64,000 bases of DNA from the NCBI GenBank assembly GCA_022844165.1, contig JALHMH010000008.1, forward strand, positions 32,001-96,000, given 5' to 3'. Made by a program: the position numbers and the translations under genes. Below are positions 58,815 to 64,000 of the stretch, piece by piece. The notes beneath the pieces are model-generated. The model saw nothing but the letters and a program-made list of their open reading frames with translations. It did no database searches and was not told the origin of the DNA. Numbering within the stretch: position 1 is the first letter of the stretch; the number at the start of each line of letters is the position of its first letter. Source of the stretch: Lysobacterales bacterium. Lineage in GTDB: Bacteria; Pseudomonadota; Gammaproteobacteria; Xanthomonadales; SZUA-5.

Positions 58815-59969
58815 ATGACTCGATACTTCGCGCCACTCGGCACATTGGTTCTCTGCGCTGTCGCTGGCGCAACTTTGCAGGCCGCAGTGCCGGAACTAGA
58901 GCGCTTCGATCAGCGCTTTCGTGAGGTATTGATCGAACAATCCATCCCAGGTGGCGCTTACATCGTCGTTGGCAAAGGCCAGGTGCTAAGGTCGGGCGCA
59001 CACGGTGTGCGACAGATCGGTCAGGTGGAGCCGGTGGATGTCGACACCGTGTTTCGTCTCGCCTCGGTGTCGAAAACCTTCGCCGGACCGCTGGCGCTCC
59101 AGCTGGTTGCCGAGCAACGGATCGATCTTGCCGATTCGTTGGTCACGCAGCCGCCCGACTTTCGCTTGAAGCCCGCACTGATGAAACAACTGCGCGTCGA
59201 AGATTTGCTTGGGCAATCGACGGGGCTGGTGGCGAATGCCTACGACAATCTGCTCGATGACGGTCTGCCTTTGGCCAAGATTCTCCCGCAATTCCGCACA
59301 CTGGAGCCGATTTGTGCGCCCGGTCGCTGTTACAGCTACCAGAACATCGCTTTTGCGCAGATTGCGCCCATCCTGTCCAGGGCGGCCGGCACTTCTTACT
59401 CGGAGTTAGTCACGCAGCGTCTGTTCGATCCGCTGGGGATGCGCAGTGCGACGTTTGGACGAGACGCATTGCTGGCCGAAGCGAATGTCGCGCGACCGCA
59501 TCGCCGCAGGGACGGCGTCTGGGTTCCTGCAGAGTTGAACGAAGCGTATTACCAATTGCCGGCGGCAGCAGGCATCAATGCCAGTGTCAACGATTTGAGC
59601 AAGTGGTTGCTTGCAATGCTGGGCAGCCATCCGGACGTATTACCGGCCGAGCTGATTGAGGCAACGACGCGCAAGCGCGTGCGTACGCCACGCGAACTCA
59701 AACGGCAATTATGGGCCGATCTGCTCAGCGATGCCCACTATGGTCTGGGTTGGCGCATCTACCAAATCGGCGAGGATGAGCTGTATTTGCACAGTGGTTG
59801 GGTCAGAGGTTACGTCACCGAGATCGCGTACTCGCGCAAGCACGATCTGGGACTGGCGCTGCTGCTGAACGGCGAAACTTTGCACATCAATCGAATCAGC
59901 ACCTGGTTTTGGGCCACCACACACGGCCGCTCCGTGCCTGGCGACCCAATGCCGGCTGCTTCGAAGTGA
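58815..59969 (+). CDS. serine hydrolase, beta-lactamase class C/AmpH-like, exported
   Basis: Signal peptide; FRLASVSK (SxxK), YQN (YxN) and HSG motifs. Confidence 0.9.
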   Translation: MTRYFAPLGTLVLCAVAGATLQAAVPELERFDQRFREVLIEQSIPGGAYIVVGKGQVLRSGAHGVRQIGQVEPVDVDTVFRLASVSKTFAGPLALQLVAEQRIDLADSLVTQPPDFRLKPALMKQLRVEDLLGQSTGLVANAYDNLLDDGLPLAKILPQFRTLEPICAPGRCYSYQNIAFAQIAPILSRAAGTSYSELVTQRLFDPLGMRSATFGRDALLAEANVARPHRRRDGVWVPAELNEAYYQLPAAAGINASVNDLSKWLLAMLGSHPDVLPAELIEATTRKRVRTPRELKRQLWADLLSDAHYGLGWRIYQIGEDELYLHSGWVRGYVTEIAYSRKHDLGLALLLNGETLHINRISTWFWATTHGRSVPGDPMPAASK

Positions 59970-60176
59970 GCGCAGGCCGAACGAGGAATCCGCTATGGGT
60001 TGGATAAAGACGGGTGGGATCAGGACAGCCTCGCCGGTACGGTTGCTGGAGCTGTTGATTACCCGGTCCGCCGCTTAAGCGGTTGCACTTTTTGCTTCGC
60101 TCTTGCTGTCAGCATTCAGGCAGCGCAAGCCTGATCACACTCACTTTTCGCATTCGTCCGAGTTCACCCATGCGGG

Positions 60177-61046
60177 CTAAGGCATCCCGTCGTGCAATGC
60201 TTCCGCTTCGTCACGACCTTGCTGGCGAATCGCTGCGACTTGTCGCGCGTCTTCGATGGCGTCGAGGACTGCATCCACGTCGGCCGGACTTTCGTCGAAA
60301 ACAAACGTGCCGGTCAGCTCAATATCCGGAGTGAGCGCGCCGGCCTCGAACAGCGCCCACATTTCTTCGCCGTAGTGCGTGAGCATCAGTTCCGGTGCGA
60401 AGCGGCTGAAGCTGGCGCGCAGGTTATGGACATCGCGCAACAACATGTCACGCGCGGCATTGTTGCCAGCTGCGCTCACGACCTGCGGCAAATCGATAAT
60501 GACCGGACCGGCGGCCTCGATCAGTACGTTGTACTCGGATAAATCGCCATGGATCAGGCCCAGACACAACATACGCACCACATCGCGCATCAGCCGCGAG
60601 TGCCAGTCGAGCGCTTGCGCGTGAGTCAGCTCGACTTCGCCCAGGCGTGGCGCTGGGTCGCCATGTTCGTCGGTGACCATCGACATCAGCAGTACGCCGT
60701 GGAAGTAACCGTGCGGCTTCGGCACCGACACACCCGCGGCCGCAAGACGGTAGAGCGCATCGACTTCGGTGTTCTTCCACACCGCTTCTTGCTCCCGGCG
60801 GCCAAACTTGCTGCCGCGATGGATCGCCCGCGATTGCCGGCTGCCGCGCACATTGCGGCCTTCCTGATATTGCACGCGCGCTTTGAAACTGCGCTGCGCC
60901 ATATCCTTGTAGACCTTGGCGCACAGCCGGTTCGGCCCAGATCGCACGACAAAAACCGAGGCTTCCTTGCCACTTTTCAGCGGCAGCAGCACCTCATCGA
61001 CAAGGCCATCGTCGACCAGCGGTTGCAGGCCTTTGGGTATTTTCAT
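60177..61046 (-). CDS. PA4780-type RIO1-like protein kinase
   Basis: LKSGKEASV, CAKVYK, IHGDLSEYNVL and IIDLPQ motifs. Confidence 0.92.
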   Translation of the reverse strand: MKIPKGLQPLVDDGLVDEVLLPLKSGKEASVFVVRSGPNRLCAKVYKDMAQRSFKARVQYQEGRNVRGSRQSRAIHRGSKFGRREQEAVWKNTEVDALYRLAAAGVSVPKPHGYFHGVLLMSMVTDEHGDPAPRLGEVELTHAQALDWHSRLMRDVVRMLCLGLIHGDLSEYNVLIEAAGPVIIDLPQVVSAAGNNAARDMLLRDVHNLRASFSRFAPELMLTHYGEEMWALFEAGALTPDIELTGTFVFDESPADVDAVLDAIEDARQVAAIRQQGRDEAEALHDGMP

Positions 61047-61131
61047 CTGCAGTGACCGAAGAACTAAGCGCCCTAGTATGGCGCAAGCGTCCCCGAGAGC
61101 ACCTTCAATTGCCAATGCACGCAGCTGAGCG

Positions 61132-63870
61132 TCACTTCGCCAACCACCGATCAGCCAACCGCACGGCGTAGTGCCGTTCGCCACGCCGTGCCGCGACGAT
61201 GTCTCGGGCCTGCTGTACTGCAAGGCGATCCAAGGTCGGGCCTTGCATGAGCCGTTCGAGCAACGTTGCGATTTCGGAAAGTCTGGTCGAGTCGTCGCGC
61301 GCAATGCGCTCATTGGCAGCGTGCAGCGCCGAGCGTGCGTTGTCGAGTTGTTGCTGTTCAATGGCGAGAGCGGCAATCGACAAGCACACGCTGGCGATGT
61401 CGCGTGGGGCCTTGGTTTCGACGGCCATGGTACGTATCAGCTCAGCCATCGCGCTGGCATCCGGAGCAAGGCGTAGCCGTATGGCGACAAGCTCGAAGTA
61501 GCGCCAACGAGCGTTGCCCGCGATCTGGGGCGGCGGGTCTGGGCCGCCCGGTGGCAGAAGCTCGAGTGCGCGGGCAGCGCGACCGGTTTCGGCGAGCGCG
61601 ATAGCGGCGTAACTGACGGCGTCCAGGTAGAGCGGATGCGCCTGGCCGACTTCGCGTTTCAGGTCCGCAAGCGCTCGTTGTGCCTCAGTTGCGGCATCTT
61701 CGTAGCGTTGTTGGCGATTCAGACTCATCGCGAGAAACGAACGCGAGCGAGCCGCCGCATAACTTTGCGGGCCGTAGTGCTGTTCGCGAATGCCAAGTAC
61801 CTCGCGCCACAATGGTGTGGCATCCGCGCTGGGGTCACTTCGGGTGCGAATACGGGCAAGCTCTTCCAGGATTCTGGCCAGCTGAGGATGCTGGTTTGGA
61901 TAGGCGCGCCGTGCGACGCTCGCGGCGCGCTCGGCAAAGGGCAGCGCTGCTGCGATATCGCCTTTGATGCGTAGAACGCCGGCGACCCGCATGGCAGCGT
62001 AAGCGGTCTCCGCATGGTCCTGTCCGAATCGTCGCTCGGAGAGCTGCAGCGCGCGACGCGCGAGGGTTTCGGCTTGCGCACGGTAGATTTGATCGTGCGA
62101 ATAAGCGACCACGGCCTGAGTGAGTGCGCCGATTTCCCGGTCGGCGTCTGGTGCCGTACGCGCGATCAGATCCAGCAACTCATCGGCCAGAGAGCGTGCG
62201 GTATCGCCATCGTCGCTATCGACGTTGGCGCCGATCATCTCCATGAATTTGCCCATCAGCCAATCGTTGGGCGCGCCTTGCGCACGCGCTTGCGCAACTG
62301 CGCTGCGCAAGGCATCCAGCCCGTGCGCGCGGTTGCCAGGATCGAGTTGCGTGTGTACCGTGGCCAGATCGGCTTCGATGGCTGCGCTTTGCCAGATCGG
62401 TGCGTCGGCGATTTCAGGAACCAACGCCTGGGCGGCTTCGAAACTGCGGCGCGCTGCAGACCATTGACGCTGTCCTCCCTGGATGCGGGCCAGGGACAGC
62501 AACAGCGACAGCCGAGCGCCGGGCTCGGCATTGGTGTCGGCCAGCGCCTGCTCGGTGCCGCGGGCCAGCAGTTCAGCCGTGCTCGGAAGTTCGTCGCGCG
62601 GCGCTCCGGGCAGTTCGTTGGCGAACAGGTCCTCAAGAAACGACTGCACATACGCTGCACGCTGCGCCTCGCGGCGAGCGATGTGCGACTGTTGCCAGGC
62701 GCCGATCGCGCCGACCATGCTGGCCAGCAGGCCAATCGCGATTGCGCTGCTGGCGACACGATTTCGAGCGATGAGCTTGACCAGCCGATATCCGGCGCCC
62801 TCGCGTACGCGCACGGGCAAACCATCGAGCCATGCCGACAGTTCTTCGGCGAGCGCTTGCGCATTGCCGTAGCGGCGCGCGGGATCGGCCTGCAGCGCGC
62901 GCGCGAGTACGGCATCGAGATCGCCACGCAGCTCACGCGTTCGCTGACGCACCGCTGGATCTTCAGTTCGCGCAACGACGCGCGAGGCAGGCAATAGCAT
63001 CTCACCCTGGCGCTGCGGCCGCTGTCCGACCAGGAGTTCGTGCAACACCACCCCAAGGGCGTATACATCGCTCGCTGTACTGACCGGCTCTCCGCGCAGT
63101 TGCTCGGGTGCCGCATAGGCTGGCGTCAACGCGCGTCCCATGGCATGCGTCAGTTCGGTGCTGTCGCCGAAGCCGCTGTGATCCAGCAATTTGGCGATGC
63201 CAAAGTCGAGCAGCTTGGGTATGCCGGAGCGATCGATCAGAATATTGGCAGGCTTGATATCGCGATGGACAATCAGCTGGGCTTGTGCAGCGGCGACCGC
63301 ATCGCAAATCGCGCGCATCCAGAGAACGCGACCGCGCACGTCCAGCTTGCTGCGGTCGGCAGCGTCCAGCAGCGGCTGGCCATCGACGAACTCGATCACC
63401 AGAAACGGCTCGCCCGAGGCCGTCATACCGCTATCGAGCAGTCGCGCGATGTTCGGGTGTTTCAGGCGCATCAAGATGTCGCGTTCGCGTCGCAAACGCT
63501 CGCCGAGCACGGCTTGCGACAGGTGGCTGCGGATCAGCTTGAGCGCGACATCGATATGCGCTTCATTTTGTGCGAGCCATACCTCGCCCATCCCACCCGT
63601 GCCAAGCATTCGTTGCAACCGATAGCGCCCGATCGTATCCCCGGGTGCGTGCGATGTGCCGAGATTGGGTTCCAGCCGTGCCCAGGGCCTGGCATCGAGC
63701 ATCGGGTCGTCTTGCTCCGCCGCATGGATCAGTTGCCGCAGCTCCACTGCCAGGGTTGCGTCTTCGCCATCGAGCGTATCGAGCATTGCGTCCCGCTCGG
63801 ACGACGTCGCATTCAGCGCTGCGTCGAGCAGCGCATCCAGTCGCCGCATTCGCCCGATATCCCGGTTCAT
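61132..63870 (-). CDS. membrane Ser/Thr protein kinase with C-terminal TPR repeats
   Basis: LGTGGMGEV, VALK, HRDIKPANIL, LLDFGIAK and TPAYAAPEQ motifs; TM helix; repeated G.DHP-type TPR units; ATGA coupling to the upstream sigma. Confidence 0.93.
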   Translation of the reverse strand: MNRDIGRMRRLDALLDAALNATSSERDAMLDTLDGEDATLAVELRQLIHAAEQDDPMLDARPWARLEPNLGTSHAPGDTIGRYRLQRMLGTGGMGEVWLAQNEAHIDVALKLIRSHLSQAVLGERLRRERDILMRLKHPNIARLLDSGMTASGEPFLVIEFVDGQPLLDAADRSKLDVRGRVLWMRAICDAVAAAQAQLIVHRDIKPANILIDRSGIPKLLDFGIAKLLDHSGFGDSTELTHAMGRALTPAYAAPEQLRGEPVSTASDVYALGVVLHELLVGQRPQRQGEMLLPASRVVARTEDPAVRQRTRELRGDLDAVLARALQADPARRYGNAQALAEELSAWLDGLPVRVREGAGYRLVKLIARNRVASSAIAIGLLASMVGAIGAWQQSHIARREAQRAAYVQSFLEDLFANELPGAPRDELPSTAELLARGTEQALADTNAEPGARLSLLLSLARIQGGQRQWSAARRSFEAAQALVPEIADAPIWQSAAIEADLATVHTQLDPGNRAHGLDALRSAVAQARAQGAPNDWLMGKFMEMIGANVDSDDGDTARSLADELLDLIARTAPDADREIGALTQAVVAYSHDQIYRAQAETLARRALQLSERRFGQDHAETAYAAMRVAGVLRIKGDIAAALPFAERAASVARRAYPNQHPQLARILEELARIRTRSDPSADATPLWREVLGIREQHYGPQSYAAARSRSFLAMSLNRQQRYEDAATEAQRALADLKREVGQAHPLYLDAVSYAAIALAETGRAARALELLPPGGPDPPPQIAGNARWRYFELVAIRLRLAPDASAMAELIRTMAVETKAPRDIASVCLSIAALAIEQQQLDNARSALHAANERIARDDSTRLSEIATLLERLMQGPTLDRLAVQQARDIVAARRGERHYAVRLADRWLAK

Positions 63871-64000
63871 CGCGCAGCGCTGAGTTCGCCCAACCACGCT
63901 TTGGCGCGTTTCCAGTCGCGCTGCACCGTGCGCACATCGACGTCCAGAATATCGGCCGTTTCTTCTTCGGTGTAGCCGGCAAAAAAGCGACACATGACCA
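63867..64000 (-). CDS. 3' end of an ECF43/TIGR02999-type ECF sigma factor (truncated by the window edge)
   Basis: Translation VMCRFFAGYTEEETADILDVDVRTVQRDWKRAKAWLGELSAAR*; the TV.RDW..A.AWL motif is typical; the stop overlaps the kinase ATG. Not in the ORF track. Confidence 0.88.
   Translation of the reverse strand, partial: VMCRFFAGYTEEETADILDVDVRTVQRDWKRAKAWLGELSAAR

Noticed and set aside
56629-59918. Repeat pair as a diversity-generating retroelement template/variable repeat
   Set aside because: Mismatches are not confined to adenines of either copy, many are synonymous, and no reverse transcriptase is present in the window.
60071-60082. Perfect palindrome CCGCTTAAGCGG
   Set aside because: A single 12-mer between convergent genes with no promoter context; possibly part of a terminator but unsupported.
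1-64000. CRISPR arrays, tRNA/rRNA genes, IS elements, prophage or defence genes
   Set aside because: No regularly spaced repeats, cloverleaf or rRNA signatures, or transposase, integrase or phage motifs were seen by eye. Small ncRNAs cannot be excluded without an Rfam/Infernal scan.

Overview
64 kb of GC-rich, gene-dense chromosome, most likely from a gammaproteobacterium of Xanthomonadales/Lysobacterales type. This is an inference from smr<>surE-pcm-nlpD without rpoS, the kynU-kmo pair, an ECF43-type sigma coupled to a Ser/Thr kinase, and a C-terminal 'VFQNGFE' motif. About 54 CDS are supported. No rRNA, tRNA, CRISPR array, integrase or transposase was seen. Housekeeping genes include fumC, hmgL, prmB, kynU, kmo, surE, pcm, nlpD, thrA, thrB, priA, nfuA, sufE, aceF and metB. 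Most notable observations: (1) a five-gene candidate trans-envelope lipid foraging operon (Pla-1/VolA-type lipoprotein lipase, DUF1302 outer-membrane protein, DUF1329, YCF48-like propeller, RND/MMPL transporter); (2) a DARS-like DnaA-box triad plus a consensus IHF site between thrA and priA; (3) a tandem MetJ-type Met-box array over the metB promoter in a lineage not known for MetJ; (4) mirror-image ECF promoters between an ECF sigma and a divergent small membrane protein gene; (5) a YtrA-type palindrome; (6) a propeller/di-haem protein with a carbohydrate-binding module inserted inside its second haem domain; (7) a decayed 102-bp copy of the 3' part of a serine hydrolase gene. All family assignments come from motif recognition by eye, not from database searches. 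Many start codons were moved downstream relative to the ORF track.
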